Of a DNA stretch of 64,000 bases, positions 51,972-60,206 are shown piece after piece. This DNA is from Gammaproteobacteria bacterium (lineage in GTDB: Bacteria > Pseudomonadota > Gammaproteobacteria > Eutrophobiales > Eutrophobiaceae): positions 1,504,001 to 1,568,000 of the forward strand of contig CBDCDS010000003.1 in NCBI GenBank assembly GCA_965215365.1, given 5' to 3'. Made by a program: the position numbers and the translations under genes. The notes below the pieces were generated by a model. The model had not been told where the DNA came from and made no database searches. It saw only the letters and a program-made list of their open reading frames with translations. The first letter of the stretch is position 1; every line of letters starts with the position of its first letter.

Positions 51972-52021
51972 TTGAGTATTCTAAACTAAAACTTTAGAAA
52001 ACTCAAATATATTGCTTACAA

Positions 52022-52876
52022 CTATCCCCCCAAACTCAGCGCGATCCCGACAAAAATCACCAGTCCTACCCGGTTGTTGTTGCGAAATGCCTTAAAGCAA
52101 TCCGCCGGGTTGCGCGCGCGGAGCAGATATTGCTGGTACAGGAAGAACGCGGCAGCGCCTGCCAGGGCGAGGTGGTAGGGCAAACCCAGGCCGGTCTGGC
52201 GGCCAATGCTGTACAGGGCGGCGATGAACAGGGTTTGTACCACGCCGATGACGACGCGGTCGGCATCGTCCAGCAAGATGGCAGTGGATTTCAGGCCGAT
52301 TTTCAGGTCATCTTGCCGATCTACCATGGCGTATTGGGTGTCGTAGCTCAGCACCCAGAGTATATTCGCGGCAAAGATTAACCAGGCTAGGGGCGGCACG
52401 CTGCCGGTGGTGGCGGCGAAAGCCATGAGGATACCCCAACTGAAGGCAAAGCCGAGGAACAGCTGCGGCAGGTAAGTGTAACGTTTCATCAAGGGGTAGA
52501 TGAGCGCCAGACCGACCGCGCACACCGACAATAACACCGTGAGCAGGTTGGTGGTAAGCACCAGCCCGAAGGCACACAGGGTGAGCGCGGCAATAACACC
52601 GTAAGCCTCCGTTACGGAAACCCGGCCGGTAGTGAGCGGGCGCTCTTTGGTGCGTTCGACGTGCCGGTCAAACTCCCGGTCTGCCAGGTCGTTCACGACT
52701 ACCCCGGCCGAGCGGGTGAGAAATACCCCCAGCACAAACACCACCAGCAGGTGCAAGGTGGGCAGCCCGGCATGGGCGAGCCACAGCGCCCACAGCGTCG
52801 GCCATAACAGCAACAGCCAGCCAATGGGTTTGTCCAGCCGCATCAGCTGTGCGTAAAGGATGAGTTTTTCCCGCAT
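52022..52876 (-). CDS. ubiA: 4-hydroxybenzoate octaprenyltransferase
   Basis: MRLDKPIG.LLLLWP, NDLADREFD.HVERT..RP, YDTQYAMVDRQDD. Confidence 0.95.
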   Translation of the reverse strand: MREKLILYAQLMRLDKPIGWLLLLWPTLWALWLAHAGLPTLHLLVVFVLGVFLTRSAGVVVNDLADREFDRHVERTKERPLTTGRVSVTEAYGVIAALTLCAFGLVLTTNLLTVLLSVCAVGLALIYPLMKRYTYLPQLFLGFAFSWGILMAFAATTGSVPPLAWLIFAANILWVLSYDTQYAMVDRQDDLKIGLKSTAILLDDADRVVIGVVQTLFIAALYSIGRQTGLGLPYHLALAGAAAFFLYQQYLLRARNPADCFKAFRNNNRVGLVIFVGIALSLGG

Positions 52877-52952
52877 CTGTGTGCCCATCAAATCAGCACC
52901 TGCAAGGCGCCGCGGTGGCCGCACCACTGCCGTCTTTGTCCCGACGCCCGTC

Positions 52953-55049
52953 TCAAACCTTGCCGAAGTCGATTTTTGTGTTCAACCATCTTGCTACCAG
53001 TGGGTTCACCACTTCCGGGCATTGTGACAGGATCACATCCGCAGCACGCTGTACGCGCGGCACCAGGTGGGCATCCCGCACGAAATCGGCGATATGCAAT
53101 TCCGGCACGCCGGTCTGTTTGGTCCCCAGTATTTCGCCGGGGCCGCGCAACTCCAGGTCGCTCTGGGCGATGGCGAACCCGTCATTGGTCTCGCGCATTC
53201 GGTTCAAGCGTACCCGGGCATTGTCAGACAAGGGCGTCTGGTAGAGCAGGACACAAGCGCTGGTCTGCGCGCCCCGGCCCACCCGGCCGCGTAACTGGTG
53301 CAGTTGCGACAACCCCAGGCGCTCGGCATTCTCGATGATCATCAGGCTGGCGTTGGCGACATCCACCCCTACCTCGATCACCGTGGTTGCCACTAACAGG
53401 TCGATCGTGCCGGCCTTGAAATCGGCCATTACTGTCTCCTTTTCAGCAGGTTTCATCCTGCCGTGGATGAGGCCGACCGTCAGGCCGGTGAGTTGTTCGG
53501 CCAGGTATTCCCGGACATCTTCAGCCGCCTGTAACTGCAAGACTTCGGAGTTTTCTATCAGAGTACATACCCAGTAGGCTTGCCGCCCTTGTTTGCAGAC
53601 CTCGTGGATGCGCTTGATCACAGCTTCCCGGCGGGCATTGGAAATGACCGTGGTCTTGACCGGTTGGCGCCCCGGCGGCAGCTGGTCGATAGTTGAAATA
53701 TCTAGGTCGGCAAACAGGGTCATGGCCAGGGTTCTCGGAATAGGCGTCGCGGTCATGATCAGCTGGTGCGCCTGCCGGTTTTCGTTACCGCCTTTTTCCA
53801 GCAGGGCCAGCCGCTGATCGACGCCAAAACGGTGTTGTTCGTCGATGATGACCAGGCCGATATTGCCGAAGGCGACCTGTTCCTGGAACAATGCGTGGGT
53901 GCCGACCGCAACCATGGGTTGCGCTGAATCCAGTTGCGCCAGCGCAGCTTGCCGCGTGCGGCGTGGCTGCTTCCCGGTCAGCAGCGTCACCGGGATGTCG
54001 ATGGGGGAGAACCATTGCCTGATAGTGTGGTAATGCTGGTCAGCCAGCAGTTCCGTAGGCGCCATCAGCGCAACCTGATAGCCGGAGTTAATCACCAGCA
54101 AGGCCGCACAGGCGGCGACTACGGTTTTGCCGGAACCTACGTCGCCTTGCAGCAGGCGCAGCATCGGCGCCGGCTGCAACATGTCTGCGCGTAGCTCTTC
54201 CAGCACCCGTTGCTGGGCGCGGGTCAGGGTAAACGGCAATTGCTCCAGGAACGCACCGAGCCGGCCCTGAGTGCTGTTGTCGATCGCGAACGAGGCCTGC
54301 GCCTGCGCGGCGGCCCTGAGCTGGCGCAGACTCAAGTGCTGTGCCAGCAGTTCCTCAAAGGCCAGGCGTTGCTGCGCCGGGTGCGCGCCCTGTTCCAGGC
54401 TGGCCAGGTCCGCATCCGCCGGCGGTCGATGCACATAGCGCAAGGCCTGTTCCAGCTTGAGTAGGGAGTGTTGTTGCAGGAGCCGCTCCGGTAGCAATTC
54501 ACTCAGGCCGGTTGCATCCGCGCTCAGGGTCGTCAGCGCCTGTCCGGTGAGGTCGCGCAGCTTGAACTGCGATAACCCCTGGGTCAGCGGGTACACCGGC
54601 GTGAGGGTCTGTTCCAGGGCGGTCTCGGCGCCTGTTTCAACCCGCCAGTATTCCGGATGAATCATCTCCAGAGTGTGATTGACGCGCCTGAGCTGCTGGC
54701 TCCAGCAGCGTAGGGTCATGCCCTGTTGCAGCCCCAGCTGTTGCGCTCGGGTAAAATGGAAAAACCTCAGGGTCAGCGCGCCGCTGCCGTCGCTGATGCG
54801 GCAGAGCAGGGTGCGGCGGCGCCCGGTCGAAGCCTGTACCAGTTCCACCGTACCCTGGCACAGGGCGCTGTCACCCGGTCGCAGGCTGCCGATGGGAACC
54901 AGTCGGGTGCGGTCGATATAGCGCTTGGGCAGGTGGAACAGCAGGTCGCGCACTTGCCGAATCCCCAGGTTCTGCAAGCGCTCCTCCAGCCGCGGACCAA
55001 CGCCCCGCAAGGCTCCGACAGCAGTTTCGAGGGTGACAGGCCCAGCCAC
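52953..55049 (-). CDS. recG: ATP-dependent DNA helicase RecG
   Basis: QGDVGSGKT, DEQHRFGV, TATPIPRT, QLRGRVGRG. Confidence 0.96.
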   Translation of the reverse strand: MAGPVTLETAVGALRGVGPRLEERLQNLGIRQVRDLLFHLPKRYIDRTRLVPIGSLRPGDSALCQGTVELVQASTGRRRTLLCRISDGSGALTLRFFHFTRAQQLGLQQGMTLRCWSQQLRRVNHTLEMIHPEYWRVETGAETALEQTLTPVYPLTQGLSQFKLRDLTGQALTTLSADATGLSELLPERLLQQHSLLKLEQALRYVHRPPADADLASLEQGAHPAQQRLAFEELLAQHLSLRQLRAAAQAQASFAIDNSTQGRLGAFLEQLPFTLTRAQQRVLEELRADMLQPAPMLRLLQGDVGSGKTVVAACAALLVINSGYQVALMAPTELLADQHYHTIRQWFSPIDIPVTLLTGKQPRRTRQAALAQLDSAQPMVAVGTHALFQEQVAFGNIGLVIIDEQHRFGVDQRLALLEKGGNENRQAHQLIMTATPIPRTLAMTLFADLDISTIDQLPPGRQPVKTTVISNARREAVIKRIHEVCKQGRQAYWVCTLIENSEVLQLQAAEDVREYLAEQLTGLTVGLIHGRMKPAEKETVMADFKAGTIDLLVATTVIEVGVDVANASLMIIENAERLGLSQLHQLRGRVGRGAQTSACVLLYQTPLSDNARVRLNRMRETNDGFAIAQSDLELRGPGEILGTKQTGVPELHIADFVRDAHLVPRVQRAADVILSQCPEVVNPLVARWLNTKIDFGKV

Positions 55050-55059
55050 GGGTCAGGGC

Positions 55060-57171
55060 TCAGCGCCGGCTGATCCGGGAGACATGGCGGATGTTCCTGA
55101 CACGGCGGATGATATTGGCCAGGTGCACCCGGTTGGTGACTTCCACAATGAACTTTAAGGTGGTGTAGCGATCGTCCTTGTCGTGCATTTCCACGCTGAT
55201 GATGTTGGCGTCGCGCGCGGCGATTTCCGTGGCTATCCTGGCCAGCACACCGCGCTGATTGGTCACCTCCACCCGGATATTGGTCGGAAAGCTGCCTTCG
55301 GTCTGATCCTCCCAGGCCACATCCAGCCACTTGTCCGGGTGGTTCCTGAAGTCGGTGACGTTGGGGCAGGTCTGGTGGTGCACGACGATGCCGCGCCCGG
55401 TGGTGACAAACCCCAGGATCGGGTCGCCGGGAATAGGGCGGCAGCACTTGGGAAAGTTCACCACCATACCTTCGGTTCCCTTGATACTCAGCGGCGTATT
55501 ATTTTTTCCGGCACGTCGGCGCGCCGGCATCGGCTGCTCTGTCAGTTGCGTTGCAACCAGAGCTGCGATGCGGTTGCCCAGCCCTATTTCCTGGAGCAGC
55601 TCAGCGCGGCTGTCCAGCTTGAACTCTTTCAGCAGTTTGTTCCAGCGCGCCGGCTGAAGCTCGTCATAACCGGCGCCGTAGGTCTTGAGCTCCCGCACCA
55701 GCAAGCGCTTGCCAAGTGCGCTCGCCTCGCTTTTACGGAGGTTCTTCAGATAGTGCCTGATGTTGGCCCGGGCTTTCGCAGTCACGGCGAAACTCAACCA
55801 TGCCGGGTCCGGTTTGGCCCCAGGCGCGGTAATGACCTCAATGGTCTGGCCGGTGACCAGATGGGTGCTGAGCGGCGCCAGCCGCCGGTCGATCCGCACG
55901 CCTACACAACTGTTGCCGACATCGGTATGAATGGCGTAGGCGAAGTCCACCGCGGTGGCCCCTTTTTGCAGTTCGAAGATGTCCCCCTTGGGCGTGAAGG
56001 CATAGATGGATTCCGGGAACAAATCGATCTTGACATGGTCCAGGAAGTCCTGGGGGTTGCCGGCGGTCGTTTGCATTTCCATGATATGCTGCAACCACTC
56101 GCGCGCGCGTTTGTGCGCGCCGGTGCGGTCTGACGCTGAGCCTGATTTATACAGCCAGTGGGCCGCGATGCCGGCCTCGGCCACATCGTCCATATCCGCA
56201 GTTCTGATCTGCACCTCCAGAGGCACGCCGTAAGGGCCGAACAGGACGGTATGCAAAGACTGGTAGCCATTTGATTTGGGTATGGCTACGTAATCCTTGA
56301 ATTTGCCGGGCACAGGCCGGTACAGGTTGTGCATGGTGCCGACTACGCGGTAGCAGGTATCCACTTGGTCGACGATGATGCGAAACGCGTACACGTCATA
56401 AACTTCGCTGAAAGACAGGTCTTTTTCCAGCATTTTCCGATAAATACCGTACAGGTGTTTTTCCCTGCCGGTGACCTTGGCCGGTATTTTTTCCTGTCGC
56501 AGGCGGCGCTTGATGGAGTTACGGAGCTTGTCGATGAGCTCCTTGCGGTGTCCCCTGGCCTTGATGATCTGCTCGTTCAGGATACGGTGGCGCATGGGAT
56601 AGAGCGTGGCAAAGCCCAGTTCCTCGAGTTCCAGACGGATGCTGTTGATACCCAGACGTTGGGCGATGGGCGCGTAGATTTCCAGGGTTTCCCGGGCAAT
56701 GCGACGGCGTTTCACCGGCGCCAGCGCGCCCAGGGTGCGCATGTTATGCAGACGGTCGGCCAGTTTCACCAGGATCACGCGAATATCGTTGCTCATGGCC
56801 ATCAGCATCTTGCGGAAGCTGTGCGCCTGGGCCTCTGCGCGCGAAGCAAATTCAACCTGGTCCAGTTTGCTGACACCGTCCACCAGTTCCGCAACGCCTT
56901 TACCGAAGCGTCGGACTATCTCCTTCTTGTCGGTCGCGGTGTCTTCGATGACATCATGCAGGATGGCGGCGGACAGGGTCTGGTAGTCCATGTGCATGTC
57001 ACCAAGGATGCCGGCGACTTCCAGCGGGTGGTTGATATAGGGTTCGCCGCTTTTGCGCAGTTGTCCCTGGTGTGCGGCGGCACTGAACTCATAAGCGCAC
57101 CGCACCTTTTCAACCTCCTGGCAGGAGAGGTAGCTGCCTATCCGTTTTTCAAGCTCGGTAATAGTGGTCAT
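55060..57171 (-). CDS. spoT: Bifunctional (p)ppGpp synthetase/hydrolase
   Basis: SGEPYINHP, LHDVIED, NGYQSLHT, TGS and ACT domains; gmk-rpoZ-spoT-recG synteny. Confidence 0.95.
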   Translation of the reverse strand: MTTITELEKRIGSYLSCQEVEKVRCAYEFSAAAHQGQLRKSGEPYINHPLEVAGILGDMHMDYQTLSAAILHDVIEDTATDKKEIVRRFGKGVAELVDGVSKLDQVEFASRAEAQAHSFRKMLMAMSNDIRVILVKLADRLHNMRTLGALAPVKRRRIARETLEIYAPIAQRLGINSIRLELEELGFATLYPMRHRILNEQIIKARGHRKELIDKLRNSIKRRLRQEKIPAKVTGREKHLYGIYRKMLEKDLSFSEVYDVYAFRIIVDQVDTCYRVVGTMHNLYRPVPGKFKDYVAIPKSNGYQSLHTVLFGPYGVPLEVQIRTADMDDVAEAGIAAHWLYKSGSASDRTGAHKRAREWLQHIMEMQTTAGNPQDFLDHVKIDLFPESIYAFTPKGDIFELQKGATAVDFAYAIHTDVGNSCVGVRIDRRLAPLSTHLVTGQTIEVITAPGAKPDPAWLSFAVTAKARANIRHYLKNLRKSEASALGKRLLVRELKTYGAGYDELQPARWNKLLKEFKLDSRAELLQEIGLGNRIAALVATQLTEQPMPARRRAGKNNTPLSIKGTEGMVVNFPKCCRPIPGDPILGFVTTGRGIVVHHQTCPNVTDFRNHPDKWLDVAWEDQTEGSFPTNIRVEVTNQRGVLARIATEIAARDANIISVEMHDKDDRYTTLKFIVEVTNRVHLANIIRRVRNIRHVSRISRR

Positions 57172-57285
57172 GTACCCGCACCACCGGGAAAATGGGTTAA
57201 AAGCCCACGCAGAATCGCCGCCGGCATCGGCAACTGCAGCACCAGTGGTGATGTTACCCTGATACTACCCAACTACCGCAGGTTG

Positions 57286-57570
57286 TCAGAACACGTCCTC
57301 GTCCGGCTGTTCCTGCAAGTCCAGCGGCTGAAACTCTATCTCTTCGAGCTCGGGATCGAAGCTGGGCTTGCCCAGCTCATCGATATTCTCGTGGGTGACG
57401 ACGCCCTCTGCAATTTCGCGCAACGCCATCACCGTGGGCTTGTCTGACTGATCCTCGATCAACGGATCGCTGCCCCTGAGCAACTGGCGGGTGCGTTTGC
57501 TGGCCAGTAATATCAGGTCGTAACGGTTGTCAATGTTTTCCAGACAGTCTTCTACGGTTAATCTTGCCAT
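57286..57570 (-). CDS. rpoZ: RNA polymerase omega subunit
   Basis: [32 protein letters not shown]. Confidence 0.95.
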   Translation of the reverse strand: MARLTVEDCLENIDNRYDLILLASKRTRQLLRGSDPLIEDQSDKPTVMALREIAEGVVTHENIDELGKPSFDPELEEIEFQPLDLQEQPDEDVF

Positions 57571-57621
57571 GTGGGTTCCTGTATAGGTTGAACGTTCCGA
57601 CCACACAAGTGTAACGTTTGT

Positions 57622-58254
57622 TCAACTCTGTTGCAATATCTCCCGTAGCAATTTCTGGTACCGGCCTCGTTGACGGCGGTAATTATGGCGGGTGGCGATG
57701 ATGATCGCAGCGAGTTGTTCCAGGGCCTGGTCAAACTCGTCATTGACGACCAGGTAGTCGTACTCGTCATAATGTTCAATGTCGTTCACGGCCTCGCGCA
57801 GGCGCCGACGCATACTGTCTGCATCATCGCCGCGCTTGGCCAGACGTTGCTCCAGCGCGTCCAGGGACGGCGGCAGGATAAAGATGCTGACGGTATCGTC
57901 CAGCCTCGCTCTGACCTGTTGCGCACCCTGCCAGTCTATTTCTAGGATCACGTCCTGGCCTTGGGCGAGTTGCCGCTCCACCCAGACGCGCGAAGTGGCA
58001 TAACTGTGCTCGAACACGGTGGCGTGTTCGAGGAACCGGTTCTGCTCCAGCAGCGCATTAAATTCCTCTTCGCTGACAAAATAGTAGTCCACTTCATGCC
58101 GCTCGTGAGGGCGCGGGGCGCGCGTGGTATGGGAGACGGACACCAGCAGCTCGGGCAGGGTAACCACCAGCCTGCGTACCAGCGAGGTCTTCCCGGCACC
58201 GGAAGGCGCGGCGATGATAAACAGGGCACCGGTACGTGTAGCGGACTCTGACAT
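57622..58254 (-). CDS. gmk: Guanylate kinase
   Basis: APSGAGKT, SHTTRAPR, EIDWQGA. Confidence 0.96.
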   Translation of the reverse strand: MSESATRTGALFIIAAPSGAGKTSLVRRLVVTLPELLVSVSHTTRAPRPHERHEVDYYFVSEEEFNALLEQNRFLEHATVFEHSYATSRVWVERQLAQGQDVILEIDWQGAQQVRARLDDTVSIFILPPSLDALEQRLAKRGDDADSMRRRLREAVNDIEHYDEYDYLVVNDEFDQALEQLAAIIIATRHNYRRQRGRYQKLLREILQQS

Positions 58255-58418
58255 GGAAGCAGTATAACCTACCCGCACGATAATTTTGCCCGAAATTCTG
58301 CCCGAAATTCTGCTGGTAACCCGGCTGGCACTCAGGGCAACTTCTTTTCATTGACATCTGTTCCAACGACGAGTAGTATAGCCTCCTGACCTGCACTTAA
58401 AGCACTGAGGAAACCACC

Positions 58419-58757
58419 ATGGCCCCTGTTATCCATGCCCTGCTGACCCAATCGCCGCTGCTGCTGGCTATCGTTGTCTTGTACCTTCTGAATCGTAAGG
58501 ACATCAAGCTCATCGAACAAAAAATCGACGGCATCAACACTCGCTTTGATGATATCAACGCCCGTTTTCATGATTTGAAAGAAAGCATCAACAAACGCTT
58601 CGATGGCGTCAACAAGCGTATCGATGACGTCAACAAGCGTATCGATGATCAGAAAGATGACATCAAAGCGCTGAGCCAAAAAGTGGATACTCTATCGGGT
58701 CAGGTGCATCGGATTGAAGGGCATTTGGGTTTGCCTGGTGTCGGTGCGGGGGCTTGA
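58419..58757 (+). CDS. Membrane-anchored heptad-repeat coiled-coil protein
   Basis: N-terminal hydrophobic helix, (I/V)NxR(F/I)Dx heptads, GAGG RBS. Confidence 0.7.
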   Translation: MAPVIHALLTQSPLLLAIVVLYLLNRKDIKLIEQKIDGINTRFDDINARFHDLKESINKRFDGVNKRIDDVNKRIDDQKDDIKALSQKVDTLSGQVHRIEGHLGLPGVGAGA

Positions 58758-58835
58758 AACAGCAGGCAACGCTTGCTTCTTAAAAATGAAAAGAAAAACC
58801 AAAAACCGCAGAGTTCTCTGTGCTATACTGGTGCC

Positions 58836-59363
58836 ATGGAACCTCACGTTCAAATTCTGACTGCAATCATTGGCGTCGGTATCGCCTTGGCCGGGCTGAT
58901 CCTGAGATTAGCCACGCGTATCGACGGGCGTATCGACGGGCTGAGTGAAAAGATTGACAAGACGCGTGCCGAGCTGATCGAGAAGATTGACAAATCGGTT
59001 GCCGCGCTGAACGAAAGGATTGACAAGACACGTGCCGAGCTGAACGAAAGGATTGACAAGACTAATGAAAAAATTGACAAGACACGTGCCGCGCTGAGCG
59101 AAAAAATTGACAAGACGCGTGCCGAGCTGATCGAAAAGATAGACAAGTCAGTTGCCGCGCTGAGCGAAAAAATTGACAAGACCAATGAGCGGGTTGACAA
59201 GACCAATGGCCGGCTGGGGCGGGTCGAACAAGGTCTGGCGGCGCTCAAGGCCACGGTGGAGACTTTCTTCCGGGTGCGCGTCGACCCGTTGGTTCCCCCG
59301 CCGGATTCTTCCACGGATTCCTCGCCCCCGGTTGAGCAGCGCCGGACCGGCACGGATGGTTAA
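58836..59363 (+). CDS. Membrane-anchored KIDK-repeat coiled-coil protein, paralog 1
   Basis: MEPHVQILTAIIGVGIALAGLIL followed by 11-mer and 7-mer repeats. Confidence 0.75.
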   Translation: MEPHVQILTAIIGVGIALAGLILRLATRIDGRIDGLSEKIDKTRAELIEKIDKSVAALNERIDKTRAELNERIDKTNEKIDKTRAALSEKIDKTRAELIEKIDKSVAALSEKIDKTNERVDKTNGRLGRVEQGLAALKATVETFFRVRVDPLVPPPDSSTDSSPPVEQRRTGTDG

Positions 59364-59441
59364 AACAGCAGGCAACCCCTGCTTCTTAAAAGTGAAGAGA
59401 AAAACCAAAAACCGCAGAGTTCTCTGTGCTATACTGGTGCC

Positions 59442-59981
59442 ATGGAACCTCACGTTCAAATTCTGACTGCAATCATTGGCGTCGGTATCGCCTTGGCCGG
59501 GCTGATCCTGAGATTAGCCACGCGTATCGACGGGCGTATCGACGGGCTGAGTGAAAAGATTGACAAATCAGTTGCCGCGCTGATCGATAAGATTGACAAG
59601 ACACGTGCCGAGCTGAACGAAAGGATTGACAAGACACGTGCCGAGCTGATCGAGAAGATTGACAAATCGGTTGCCGCGCTGAACGAAAGGATTGACAAGA
59701 CTAATGAAAAAATTGACAAGACACGTGCTGAGCTGAACGAAAAAATTGACAAGACACGTGCCGAGCTGAACGAAAAGATAGACAAGACGCGTGCCGCGCT
59801 GAGCGAAAAAATTGACAAGACCAATGGCCGGCTGGGGCGGGTCGAACAAGGTCTGGCGGCGCTCAAGGCCACGGTGGAGACTTTCTTCCGGGTACGCGTC
59901 GACCCGTTGGTTCCCCCGCCGGATTCTTCCACGGATTCCTCGCCCCCGGTTGAGCAGTGCCGGACCGGCACGGATGGTTAA
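59442..59981 (+). CDS. Membrane-anchored KIDK-repeat coiled-coil protein, paralog 2
   Basis: Same termini as paralog 1 with a different repeat order. Confidence 0.75.
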   Translation: MEPHVQILTAIIGVGIALAGLILRLATRIDGRIDGLSEKIDKSVAALIDKIDKTRAELNERIDKTRAELIEKIDKSVAALNERIDKTNEKIDKTRAELNEKIDKTRAELNEKIDKTRAALSEKIDKTNGRLGRVEQGLAALKATVETFFRVRVDPLVPPPDSSTDSSPPVEQCRTGTDG

Positions 59982-60031
59982 AACAGCATTATTATCTCAC
60001 TGAAAAAACTACAAAAAAAGCCAAAAACTAC

Positions 60032-60060
60032 TTGACAATCTTGAGGGGGAATGCCATAAT
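60032..60060 (+). promoter_or_regulatory. sigma70 promoter TTGACA-17nt-(TGn)CATAAT
   Basis: TTGACA at 60032-60037 and CATAAT at 60055-60060, with an A-rich UP-like region upstream. Confidence 0.65.
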
Positions 60061-60062
60061 GA

Positions 60063-60206
60063 ACAGCCGCACAGCCGCACAGCCGCACAGCCGCACAGCC
60101 GCACAGCCGCACAGCCGCACAGCCGCACAGCCGCACAGCCGCACAGCCGCACAGCCGCACAGCCGCACAGCCGCACAGCCGCACAGCCGCACAGCCGCAC
60201 AGCCGC
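60063..60206 (+). repeat. Perfect octamer tandem repeat (ACAGCCGC)18
   Basis: Counted directly; ends immediately before ATG 60207. Confidence 0.95.

Larger units (their letters stand above)
58755..59989 (+). repeat. Tandem duplication of a ~606-618 bp promoter+gene unit
   Basis: Upstream regions and gene ends are nearly identical at a 606-nt offset. Confidence 0.85.

Noticed and set aside
58283-58313. Short 12-nt tandem repeat (TGCCCGAAATTC) upstream of gmk
   Set aside because: Only about 2.5 copies, with no supportable function.
58836-59981. 33-nt repeats as a CRISPR-like or DGR array
   Set aside because: They are in-frame coding repeats with no unique spacers, and no reverse transcriptase is present.
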